Source: Dehalococcoidia bacterium
GTDB taxonomy: Bacteria; Chloroflexota; Dehalococcoidia; SM23-28-2; RBG-16-64-32
Reading direction: 5' to 3'
Length of the DNA: 64,000 nt
Assembly: GCA_963665775.2 (NCBI GenBank)
Contig: CAXXTF010000001.1
Span: 608,001 to 672,000, forward strand
Of this stretch, positions 19,690-28,761 are shown one piece after another. The notes under the pieces were generated by a model. The model searched no databases and had not been told where the DNA came from. It saw only the letters and a list, made by a program, of their open reading frames with translations. How positions within the stretch are numbered: position 1 is the stretch's first letter; every line of letters starts with the position of its first letter. Made by a program: the position numbers and the translations under genes.

Positions 19690-19900
19690 CTACTTGCGCG
19701 CGCTCCGGAGATATGCCGTCTTAGGCTTCGGCATGACGCCGAGTTGCGGCATCATTTGCGCCATATCCACGTACTCGCGCTCGGCCGTAATCTTGCCGTC
19801 TTTGGTCTCCAACACGGTGACGACCGGCATCGTAACCTTGCGTCCGGTGGCTGCGATTCCCATGAAGTCACCGTCTGTTTGTCGCCGACCGTGAAGCTCT
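19690..19900 (-). pseudogene. SnoaL-like ester cyclase C-terminal fragment
   Basis: GDFMGIAATGRKVTMPVVTVLETKDGKITAEREYVDMAQMMPQLG; no N-terminus. Confidence 0.7.
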
Positions 19901-19931
19901 CCGTTCCGGTTGCTGCGCCGTCCATCGCCCC

Positions 19932-20354
19932 TTACGGAACAGGCTGGAATGCGGTGTCAATGTCCGCGCAGGGTTCCGTTTGGCTGACCGGCAAAAGCAC
20001 TACATGGCGTTGAATCTTTGGAGCGTCCACAGCGTCGATATCTCCGTCACAGTCCACGTCCGCCCACAGTGCTGGCAACACATCCTCCCACAGTGTGGCT
20101 AAGTCATCGCCGAACTCCAGGCAGGGGTCCGTCTGGCTTATTGGAAGCGCCACCAAGTTTCGCAAGACCTTCAGGGCGTCGACAGCATCTACGTTGCCAT
20201 TGCAGTCAACATCCCCGTTCACTAGCTGTCGGGCCTGGATTCTGTAGGTGATTGGTTCACCGCCAGGCAGCTCGCCGCCCACCCCCATCGCGTACGTTGC
20301 ATCAATCATGCCGGAAGATCCAAGGCCGATGGTCCCTTTTATCTCCACAGTCAC
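19932..20354 (-). pseudogene. C-terminal fragment of a secreted protein with duplicated dockerin-like Ca-binding motifs
   Basis: GDVDCNGNVDAVDALKVLR and ADVDCDGDIDAVDA; stop immediately upstream, no signal peptide. Confidence 0.7.
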
Positions 20355-20391
20355 GCCCTAGTTCAGTTGCTAAGCTCTGTAGGTATGACCG

Positions 20392-21540
20392 CTATACGCC
20401 CGTTAGGTTGTAGAAATTGCACGCATTATCGTGCATGATTAGCTTCTTCTCATCGTCGGGCACGTTCCTGAACAGGCGGTCGACTTGATTGCGGCTGTTG
20501 GGCCATTCATTCCCGCCATGCGGGAAGTCCGTCGACCACATGATTCGGTCAACGCCGATGTAGTGGCGCAGCTCGACACCTATGTGGTCGCACATGAAGG
20601 TGGCCCAGAAGTTCCGGCGGAACTGCTCACTGGGAGCCATTTTCAGATGGGACTTGCCCGTGATGAAGCGATAGTGCAGCCAGCGGTCATCAGCCTGCTC
20701 CAGGTAGCACGGGATCCAGCCGACGTTGCACTCCGTGAGCACGATCTTGATCCTCGGGAACCGTTCGGCGATCGACTGGCCCAACAAACTGTCGATTATT
20801 GGCATGGTGGTGGCCCCGCACTTCGCCATAGTGCCGAGAGCGATCTGATCGGGCCCCATGCCCTCGAAGCTAACCTGTGCGGGCGTAAAGCCTCCGCCGA
20901 TGTGGATGCAGACAGGTAGGTTAGTGTCCTCGGCCATAGCCCAGAACCTATCGTCCTCCGGGCTCGGCATCTGCGAGCCATTGGGCCACCGAGAGAGATT
21001 AACCCCTGTGTGGCCTTTCTTCATGCACCGCTCCACTTCCGCCAGAGCGTCCTCGATTCCGGTGGTAGGCACCGTTGCTATACCGAAAATTCTGTTGTCG
21101 GACGGTCCGGAGAACTCCTCAACCATCCAATCGTTATAGGCCCGAGTACAGGCCAGTATAAGCTCCCTATCGTCCCCGTAGGCGCCGGGGCCAAGAGGGT
21201 AGACAACTTCGGCATGGATCCCGTCCAGGTCCATGTCCTGGACCCGAGCCTTAGAATCAAAATGGGAGGGGCGAATAGTCTCGTAGGTAAGGACGACATC
21301 CGGGTTAATATCGGTGCTCATCACACCAGCAGTGCTGTTAGTAATCCATAAGGGCCGCACATGCTTGCCATCTTCGTAGGACCATGCATCGCCACCGTTC
21401 GGCAGTTTCACGACCTTCGGAGCGCGCTCCTTCAGCTTCTGTGGCACCCTGCTCTGCCAGACGTGTGGTGGCTCAGTAACATGACAGTCTGAGTCTACGA
21501 TGTTAAATCCTGGTCCCGAGTAGACTTGTCCTTTTGGCAT
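20392..21540 (-). CDS. Amidohydrolase family 2 protein
   Basis: DSDCHVTEP, DMDLDGI, AYNDW, MWSTDFPH. Confidence 0.92.
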   Translation of the reverse strand: MPKGQVYSGPGFNIVDSDCHVTEPPHVWQSRVPQKLKERAPKVVKLPNGGDAWSYEDGKHVRPLWITNSTAGVMSTDINPDVVLTYETIRPSHFDSKARVQDMDLDGIHAEVVYPLGPGAYGDDRELILACTRAYNDWMVEEFSGPSDNRIFGIATVPTTGIEDALAEVERCMKKGHTGVNLSRWPNGSQMPSPEDDRFWAMAEDTNLPVCIHIGGGFTPAQVSFEGMGPDQIALGTMAKCGATTMPIIDSLLGQSIAERFPRIKIVLTECNVGWIPCYLEQADDRWLHYRFITGKSHLKMAPSEQFRRNFWATFMCDHIGVELRHYIGVDRIMWSTDFPHGGNEWPNSRNQVDRLFRNVPDDEKKLIMHDNACNFYNLTGV

Positions 21541-21754
21541 CTCTACATTTCCTCCCGTCGTGTAGATTAGGAATCGATCCTGGGCCAGCGATGAACCCCG
21601 CAGCCCATCGCGCCTCTCCGATCTAGCCGCCGCAAAGTATCGGCTGAAATAATTCTAGTCCCATATCATAAAGCGTCAAGGGGCGTTCCCAGGGCCAGAT
21701 GAACTTCTCACGTGCTTCGTTCAGCGGATTGCAAGCAGTTCCTGATAGGCGCAT

Positions 21755-21788
21755 ATCGTAAACACTAAGACGTCTTAGTGTTTACGAT
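21755..21788. repeat. Perfect 34-bp palindrome
   Basis: ATCGTAAACACTAAGAC|GTCTTAGTGTTTACGAT, no loop, intergenic. Confidence 0.95.
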
Positions 21789-21887
21789 TCCGAGCATCGT
21801 AGGAATAGCTGCCGTTCCTCGGAAGCGGCGAATGGAGTAGCTAGCGAATGAATCCTGGCACCAGCAAGTCACACCGTGCTGCCACAT

Positions 21888-22295
21888 TCACATCCGTCCA
21901 GGCAGTGGGGAAACCGTTCCTGTTTGCCCCTCGACCGGCCGTTTGCTCGCCTCTCTGGCGGAACCGAAGCAACGTTCGCGGCGCTCCGGGGCGCTGATGC
22001 TGTAGTAGCGCCCACGAAGCGCCCCCTCCTCTACCAGTATGACCGCCGTGGCGCCGGCGATGACCTGCATCACCTGGGCCGTAGAGGCGTAATCGGCATC
22101 TAAAGAGGACTCGCTGGTTGGGGAAGGGCTGGTGGTCGCTGCCGGCGTGGGGGTCGGAATGGCGCCGCCGCCGACTTCCGCAATGAACTCGAAGAAGAGG
22201 ACGAACAAGGCGAGCAGCAGCAAGATAGGCCAGAGGATTTGCGGGCGGGGAATCCGCACCTTGGGCAGCTTGGGGATGTTGCGTTCGTGTTTCAT
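21888..22295 (-). pseudogene. Membrane-anchored protein N-terminus, apparently truncated
   Basis: TM segment plus PTPTPAATTSPSPT linker; the sequence then loses coding character. Confidence 0.45.
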
Positions 22296-22337
22296 GGCGC
22301 CCATGGAATATAATAGGTTTGTTTTAGGGTTAGTAAC

Positions 22338-23012
22338 ATGTCTACCGTTCTCCTGATTTTCAAAGACCCCAGTGCTGAGGAGATGATACATGAGAGCCTT
22401 GGCAATGTGGGCTATGACGTAGTCGTCGCGTCAAATTCCGAGGCCGCTGTCCGCAGCATCTTCAGCGTCAAGGTGGATGTCGTGGTAGTGGACGTGGCCC
22501 TGGGCGACCAGATGGAGTGGTTGCGGCAGCGGCTACGCAACTCCGATGGCGCTCTGCCCGTCGTTTTCCTTGCTCCCGCTGCCGCCCAGTGGCTTCCCGC
22601 TGCCGTCCCGGAACGAGCCGGCCTAGACGAGGTCGTGATCAAACCGTGTTCGGCTACGGATATCAGGCATGCCGTGGAGCGGGCGCTGGCAGCCAGCCAC
22701 CGCGCGCGGCCCAGCGTCGTGCTAGTTGCTGACCTGGAGCTGGATCGGGTCAGTAACTAGCTAAGAAGCGGCGGCGTCTAGGTCCAGTTGACCTCTACCG
22801 AGTTCCGGTTGATGGAGTATCTAGCCCAGCGGCAGGGCGTGATCGCATCTTCCGAGGAGCTACTGGAGAAGGTCTGGGAGTTCCATCCTGGGACTGGCTC
22901 CTCTGAGCTGGTGCGTTCTCACGTTAAGAACCTGCGGGCCAAGGTTAGGATCGCCGCTCCGGGCCGGGAGCTGATTCAGACGGTGCCGCGGCGCGGGTAT
23001 CGATTGGCCTGA
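22338..23012 (+). pseudogene. OmpR-family response regulator with two in-frame TAG codons (22758, 22779)
   Basis: Receiver domain, then LELDRVSN*LRSGGV*VQLTSTEFRLMEYL...VRSHVKNLRAK...IQTVPRRGY in one frame. Confidence 0.88.
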
Positions 23013-23469
23013 TCCGGTCCGGACACTACCTGCCCCCCCCGCTCATCTCCTGCCGACTTCCGCGAGTCCTGAGCGTCCCATTGGGACTCCACGCGCTCGT
23101 ATGATCACCTCGGCACGGCCCTCGGCGAAATGGGGCCATCTACGATGAACTTTCGTTGCCCCTGGGTCTAACGGCGCAGCGTCAGGTGACGCCATCGCGG
23201 TAAGGGAGTTCGAGGAGATCGGGGTTACCGGCTCCACTTGCAGGAAGAGATCGCTTCCGAGCGGTGTCCAAACTCTCAAACGTTGGGCTTTCTGATGGTA
23301 AATAGACTTGACCCGATGATGAACAAAGGTTAGGGACATCGGATTCTCTGGCACGGGCGACCTAGCGCTAGGAGGCGCCACGTCCAGAGAGGCAGATCGG
23401 CGCCGGGCGTTGGCAGTAGCCCAAACCGGCCGAATAAGATACCCTTTACCTGTGACGTCTGAAGGTCCA

Positions 23470-24510
23470 ATGCGCGTAATATTGGCCCGGCCAAGAGGGT
23501 TCTGCGCCGGCGTCGTTCGGGCGATCAAGGTGGTCGAGAGGTCGCTCGATGTCTTCGATGGGCCGGTGTACGTTCGCCACGAGATCGTTCACAACCGGCA
23601 GGTCGTGGAGGATCTCCAGGCTAAGGGCGCGATATCTGTTGAGGACCTAGACGCCGTCCCGGACGGCGCTACGGTCATCTTCTCCGCCCACGGCGTGTCT
23701 AAGGCGGTTGCAGCGGAGGCCAAGCGCCGCGGCCTTAACACGATTGACGGGACGTGCCCGCTCGTCACCAAGGTGCACAGACAGGTGCATCGGCTGAGCG
23801 GGCAAGGCTTTGAGATTCTTCTTATCGGCCACGCCGGCCACCCTGAAGTCGAGGGCACGATGGGCCAGCTGGCTGAGAAGATCGAGCTGATCCAGAGTGT
23901 GGAGGACGCAAACCGCGTCGAGGTCGCCAACCCCGAGCGTGTAGCGTACGTGACACAGACGACCCTCTCCATGGACGACACGTCTAAGATCATCAGCGTG
24001 CTGCTGCGGCGTTTCCCGAAACTTCAACCGCCGCCCACCGACGACATTTGCTACGCCACCCAGAACCGTCAGGACGCGGTGAGGAGAATAGTGAAAAGCG
24101 CCGATCTCGTGATCGTCATCGGCGCCGCGAACTCCTCGAACTCCAACCGCCTTGTCGAGGTGGCGGCGTCCCGTGGTGTGCCCGCATATCGCATCGACTG
24201 TGCGGCGGAGCTTCAAGCGGAGTGGTTTCAGGGCGTAGGGACCGTCGGTATCACGGCCGGAGCCTCGGCCCCGGAATACCTGGTGCAGGAGGTGGTCAGC
24301 CACCTCAAAGAATGTTATGGTGCCCAGGTCGAAAGCGAACTTGACGGCACCGACGAGGATGTACATTTCCCTCTTCCACGCGAACTGGTAACGGTCAGCC
24401 GCCATCGCCCTCGCCACGGAGTGCTCCGAGAAGGCGATCCTGACGAAGGCGGACACGGGAGGGATCGACCTCCGCTTCGGCAAGGCCGAGGCGATGCTTC
24501 AGACCATTGA
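23470..24510 (+). CDS. ispH: 4-hydroxy-3-methylbut-2-enyl diphosphate reductase
   Basis: RGFCAGV, EIVHN, SAHG, TCPLV, DICYATQNRQ, SSNS, TAGASAP. C-terminal tail reads into foreign DNA. Confidence 0.96.
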   Translation: MRVILARPRGFCAGVVRAIKVVERSLDVFDGPVYVRHEIVHNRQVVEDLQAKGAISVEDLDAVPDGATVIFSAHGVSKAVAAEAKRRGLNTIDGTCPLVTKVHRQVHRLSGQGFEILLIGHAGHPEVEGTMGQLAEKIELIQSVEDANRVEVANPERVAYVTQTTLSMDDTSKIISVLLRRFPKLQPPPTDDICYATQNRQDAVRRIVKSADLVIVIGAANSSNSNRLVEVAASRGVPAYRIDCAAELQAEWFQGVGTVGITAGASAPEYLVQEVVSHLKECYGAQVESELDGTDEDVHFPLPRELVTVSRHRPRHGVLREGDPDEGGHGRDRPPLRQGRGDASDH

Positions 24511-24570
24511 GCTCATCGCTCGCCGACAGGGGATAGGCGATTTCGTGCGGGAGGCCTCCGCGAGCGGCGT
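24400..24570 (+). pseudogene. Aldehyde:ferredoxin oxidoreductase internal fragment
   Basis: AIALATECSEKAILTKADTGGIDLRFGKAEAMLQTIELIARRQGIGDF, in an alternative frame under the ispH tail. Confidence 0.7.
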
Positions 24571-24624
24571 GTGGGGAGCGGCGGGCGCCGGACAGCGCTG
24601 GCGCCGTCTCGGGGAGTCAAGCTG

Positions 24625-25106
24625 ATGGATGATGCGCTCTTGGCGTTGACGCTAGTAGCAGCCCTCGGCTGCGGGCTGTTGGCCGGAATTGTCTACGCTT
24701 TCTCCAGCGCCGTCATGAAGGCCCTGGGCCGCCTCCCGGCGGCGCAGGGCATTGCCGCCATGCAGTCCATCAACATCACAGTGATCAATCCATGGTTCAT
24801 GGGAGCGTTTTCGGTCCGGTGCCGGTCTGTGTCGCTGTGGCCGTCTTATCCGTGCTCGAATGGGAAGAATCGGAGGTGTTCTATCAGCTCGCCGGCAGCG
24901 CCCTCTACCTCGTGGGAGCGGTCCTCGTGACGGGGGCCTTCAATGTGCCGCGCAACGACGTGCTGGCGGCCGTCGACCCGGAAAGCGCCGACGGCGAGAA
25001 GTACTGGCGCCGCTACCTTGCAGAGTGGACCCTGTGGAACCATGTGAGGACGGCTGCAGCACTCGCGGCCGCCGCGCTGTTCACTCACGCTCTAACCGTA
25101 CACTGA
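24625..25106 (+). pseudogene. DUF1772 / anthrone oxygenase family membrane protein, frameshifted near 24810
   Basis: YAFSSAVMKALGRL...AMQSIN; second frame VTGAFNVPRN...WTLWNHVRT. 1-bp loss in a T run (could be sequencing error). Confidence 0.85.
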
Positions 25107-25414
25107 CGCTGAAGTCCGTGGCGCGTGGGGTTGGACGTTACAACTAGCGTGTTCCCACGCCGACGTGTCGCTCGACATCCAGCTCGCGACATCTCGTCTG
25201 GCGGAGGGCAGAACCGACGCCACGACGGCTAGCCGTATGTCCCGCGCCTGCTAGCCATGACTGCCCGATCAGTCGTCGCTCCGCTCTCGTGTATTGACAT
25301 CGTTCCGCGGTGCTCTCATGATATCCAGTGCTCACTGGGTAATGTCATGATAACCTGATGCCCTGGTAAGAGCGCTACAGATACGGGCTGTGACCTGAAG
25401 GGAAGGAGAGCGAA

Positions 25415-25951
25415 TTGGCCGGAAAAACGCCAGAGGAGATCCTGGAAGAGGCGTGCAAACTGGTAGGAACGGAGACGAAATCCCATTCGGTCGCCGGACA
25501 GATAGAGTACGCCAGCATCCTGAGACACTGCATGATGACCCACAACGATAACCCCCTATTCCTCGACGCTGACTACGCAAAGACTACCAAACACGGCTCT
25601 GTCCTAGCCCCCGCCTTCTTTCTCTCCGTCATCGAGGGTAACTATCGCTGGCCCGGCGAGGACAGGGCGCCTGACCAGTCGCTGCCGCCGGTGCCGACGC
25701 CGGGAGAGATGATCATCAACCTGGCCACCGAGTGGGAGCTGTTCCGACCGCTCAAGATCGGGGAGCGGTTCACCGCGTCGCAGCGGCTCAAGGACGTGTA
25801 TATCAAGTCCACCCGTGTGGACCCGAAGGCGTTCTGGATCGTTACCGAGCGGATATATCGCGACGAGGCCGGAGAGACGGTGGCGATAGCCAGCAACATC
25901 GGCCTGCGATACAGGTCGCCCGAGCAGGTCAAGGCGGCCGGGGAGGCTTGA
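25415..25951 (+). CDS. MaoC-like (FAS1 N-terminal type) dehydratase subunit
   Basis: NDNPLFLDADYAKTTKHGSVLAP; EWELFRPLKIGE. Confidence 0.85.
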   Translation: MAGKTPEEILEEACKLVGTETKSHSVAGQIEYASILRHCMMTHNDNPLFLDADYAKTTKHGSVLAPAFFLSVIEGNYRWPGEDRAPDQSLPPVPTPGEMIINLATEWELFRPLKIGERFTASQRLKDVYIKSTRVDPKAFWIVTERIYRDEAGETVAIASNIGLRYRSPEQVKAAGEA

Positions 25952-26000
25952 AACCACCAGTCCGCAAAAGCCGCAACCCATCTGAAGCCAGGAGAGAAGC

Positions 26001-26492
26001 ATGAAGGTTAGGGAAAACAGCTACGAGGACATAACCATCGGGCCGGCTCACAGGCAGGTCAGAGAACAAACCTACTGGGACGACATCACGGAGGGGATGG
26101 AGCTGCCCTCGATCCCCATCGAGCTGAACTGGACCGAGATGGCCAAACAGGTCAGCGGCAGTCAGGACTTCAACCCGCTTCATCACGATGTGGACTTTGC
26201 CCGCTCACAGGGGCACGGGAACCCGTTCATGAACACCCGCTGGCACGAGGGATGGTTCAGCCGCCTGCTCCACGACTTCACGGGGCCGGAGGGCTGGCCC
26301 CGCAAATTCCACATGGAGATGCGCCGAACCAACGAGCTGGGCGACAAGATCACCTTTAACGGGAAGGTGGTCAGCAAGTACGAGGCCGACGGCCAGCACT
26401 TGGCCGATCTGGAGCTGTGGATCGATAACGAGCGGCATCCCGTGCCCGCTTCCATCGCCACCGCCACCGTGTGGCTGCCCACCCGCGACTAG
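26001..26492 (+). CDS. MaoC-family hot-dog dehydratase subunit
   Basis: YWDDITEGMEL, QDFNPLHHDVDFARSQG. Confidence 0.85.
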   Translation: MKVRENSYEDITIGPAHRQVREQTYWDDITEGMELPSIPIELNWTEMAKQVSGSQDFNPLHHDVDFARSQGHGNPFMNTRWHEGWFSRLLHDFTGPEGWPRKFHMEMRRTNELGDKITFNGKVVSKYEADGQHLADLELWIDNERHPVPASIATATVWLPTRD

Positions 26493-26562
26493 CCTGCCAC
26501 TGGTACGGGCCTCTTCGCGCCGGCACTGACAGTGATAGCCTGAAAGGAACCAGGGCAGGCCG

Positions 26563-27861
26563 CTAACTGCGCTTAAGCCGATAGATCGTGTTGTCGAAGG
26601 CGAGAACGAGTAGCTCGCCGTCGGGGAGCTCGGCGAAGGAGGAGATGTTCAACTCCGTGTCCGCCAGGAGAACCGGGTCGCCCTCGCCCGCCGTGTCGAG
26701 CGCCCAGACCTTGCCGCTGCAGAAGTCTCCATAGACGTACCAGCCGCGGAGCTCCGGCATGTCCGAACCGTAATAGACATAGCCCCCCGTGATCGAGCAG
26801 CTGGCGCCATCGTGGCGATAGACCGCGCGGGGGAGCTGGAATCCGCTCTCGGGGCAGCCGCTGGGATCGAACCCGGCGAAGCCCTCGTAGCAGCTCCAGC
26901 CGTAGTTGCCCCCCTTTACCACCCGGTCTACCTCCTCCCAGGCGGCCTGGCCCACGTCACCCAGCCACAGATCGCCGGTCTGGCGATCGAAGCTGAAGCG
27001 CCAGGGGTTGCGGAGACCGAAGGCGTATACCTCGTCCGCGCCGGGGCCGCCGACGAACGGATTGTCCGAGGGCACCTCGTACCCGCCGTCACCCGAAACG
27101 TCGAGGCGCAGGATGGAGGCGAGCAGATTCGTGTTGTCCTGGCCGGTCCCCTGGAAATCCCCTCGGCTACCGCCATCGCCCAGTGAGAGATAGAGGTAGC
27201 CGTCCGGCCCAAACAGGATGCGGCCGCCGTTATGGAGTCCGAAGGGTTGCTCGACCTCGAGTATGACCTGCTCCTCGCCCTCTACGATATCGTTGTTGGC
27301 AACGGGAAAGCGGGAGAGGTAGCTGCACCGGTCAGCACCGTCGGAGCAGATATTCGAGGTGTAGTAGACGTAGACCCGCCCGTCTGCCTGGTAGTCCGGC
27401 GAGAAGACCAGGGAGAGGAGGCCCTCTTCGCCGCCTCCGTTGATCCGGTTTCCGATGTCGCCAAACAGGGTCGGCGGGAACGATCCGTCCAGCGATACAC
27501 GCCAGAACTGGCCCCGATGCTGGGTGATGACGACCGCCTCCCGGCCGTTAGTCCCGGGGATGATGGAGAAGTCCACGATGCGTTCAAATTCGCCCGACGT
27601 CAGGTATGTTTCCATCTCGTATCCGCCTGACACAGGCGTAGGGACGGCAGTCGGGTCGGGCGGCGGCGTCGAGGCGACGGGTGTGACGGTACCGCCGGGA
27701 GTTGGAGATGATGAGGCTGACGGCGGCGGTGTCGTCCCTGAGGCGGAAGGGGACTGAACATCCCCGGTTAAGGTGGACGAGCCGTTGCATCCGAGCAGGG
27801 CGAAGGCCAGGGCACCAGCCATTACGGAAATCCAGATCCTCAGCGCTCCCCTACCCCTCAT
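26563..27861 (-). CDS. PQQ-dependent sugar dehydrogenase (glucose/sorbosone family) lipoprotein
   Basis: EEGLLSL, HNGGRILFGPDGYLYLSLGDGG, GLRNPWRFSFD, GNYGW; lipobox LLGC. Confidence 0.93.
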   Translation of the reverse strand: MRGRGALRIWISVMAGALAFALLGCNGSSTLTGDVQSPSASGTTPPPSASSSPTPGGTVTPVASTPPPDPTAVPTPVSGGYEMETYLTSGEFERIVDFSIIPGTNGREAVVITQHRGQFWRVSLDGSFPPTLFGDIGNRINGGGEEGLLSLVFSPDYQADGRVYVYYTSNICSDGADRCSYLSRFPVANNDIVEGEEQVILEVEQPFGLHNGGRILFGPDGYLYLSLGDGGSRGDFQGTGQDNTNLLASILRLDVSGDGGYEVPSDNPFVGGPGADEVYAFGLRNPWRFSFDRQTGDLWLGDVGQAAWEEVDRVVKGGNYGWSCYEGFAGFDPSGCPESGFQLPRAVYRHDGASCSITGGYVYYGSDMPELRGWYVYGDFCSGKVWALDTAGEGDPVLLADTELNISSFAELPDGELLVLAFDNTIYRLKRS

Positions 27862-28609
27862 TAACCCACTCGCCATCCGCCCACCGGAGGCGAACCGTGC
27901 TCTCGCGGGCGAACAGGGGCCCCACCTCCAGCCCTAGCCGGCGGTAGAGCGCGGGCGGCACACTCAGGTCCCCCAGGTAGAGGTCGCCCATCCGCTCCTG
28001 TACCTCCGGGGCCGCCAGTCCCGTCTTGGGCAGAGCCAGGGTCAGCGTAGCGATAGCCCTGACGGACGGCTCGTAGACCCTGCCCGAGCCGGCGTCCACG
28101 CCCGACGGGACGTCCAGCGAGACGATGGGCTTGCCGCTGGCGTTGGCCATCTCGATAAGCGTGGCGGCCGCTCCTCGGGGCGCTCCGGCCAGGCTGTAGC
28201 CGATGAGAGCGTCGATGATCAGGTCCGCCTCGGCGAAGAGAAGCGCCGCCGGCGCGGTGCGCGCCTCGCGCAGCTCCACCGCCATCGCCCGCAGGATCGA
28301 GGCCTGCTGAGCGGGAACATCCGTCAGATCGTCCGCTGCCACCGAGAGGAGCACGCGAACGTGGCTCCCCACGTTGTGCAGATGCCTGGCCGCCACCATG
28401 CCGCCACCACCGTTGTTCCCCTTGCCCGCCAGGACGAGGACGCTCCGGCCGGTGGAGCCCTCCGAAAGGCCGGCCGCCAGCCGCGCCAGGTTGCGACCGG
28501 CATTCTCCATCATCTGCAGGAGGAGTATCCCGTACTCCTCTACCATCAACCGGTCCACCTCCCGCATCTGCTCCCTGGTGAGGGACGGCACGACGGGATT
28601 CGCTGCCAT
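27851..28609 (-). CDS. nnrE: NAD(P)H-hydrate epimerase (YjeF N-terminal)
   Basis: MMENAG, GKGNNGG, IIDALIG, SLDVPSG. Confidence 0.92.
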   Translation of the reverse strand: MAANPVVPSLTREQMREVDRLMVEEYGILLLQMMENAGRNLARLAAGLSEGSTGRSVLVLAGKGNNGGGGMVAARHLHNVGSHVRVLLSVAADDLTDVPAQQASILRAMAVELREARTAPAALLFAEADLIIDALIGYSLAGAPRGAAATLIEMANASGKPIVSLDVPSGVDAGSGRVYEPSVRAIATLTLALPKTGLAAPEVQERMGDLYLGDLSVPPALYRRLGLEVGPLFARESTVRLRWADGEWVNEG

Positions 28610-28761
28610 CAGACTCCTCCTCGGTTAGCCTCCCCAGACCGAAAGAGCCGCTACGATAGGGCGCCACCCGTACTCGTGGATCGAGATGGCGGCGGCCCGG
28701 CCCCAGAACTCGCGGCTGAAACAGCGGCGTGATCTCCCCGCCTCCTCTGTCACCTCTTGTT

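Noticed and set aside
23027-23042. ACCTGCCCCCC resembling the IS3 terminus
   Set aside because: Lacks the terminal TG, and no partner end or transposase sequence is nearby.
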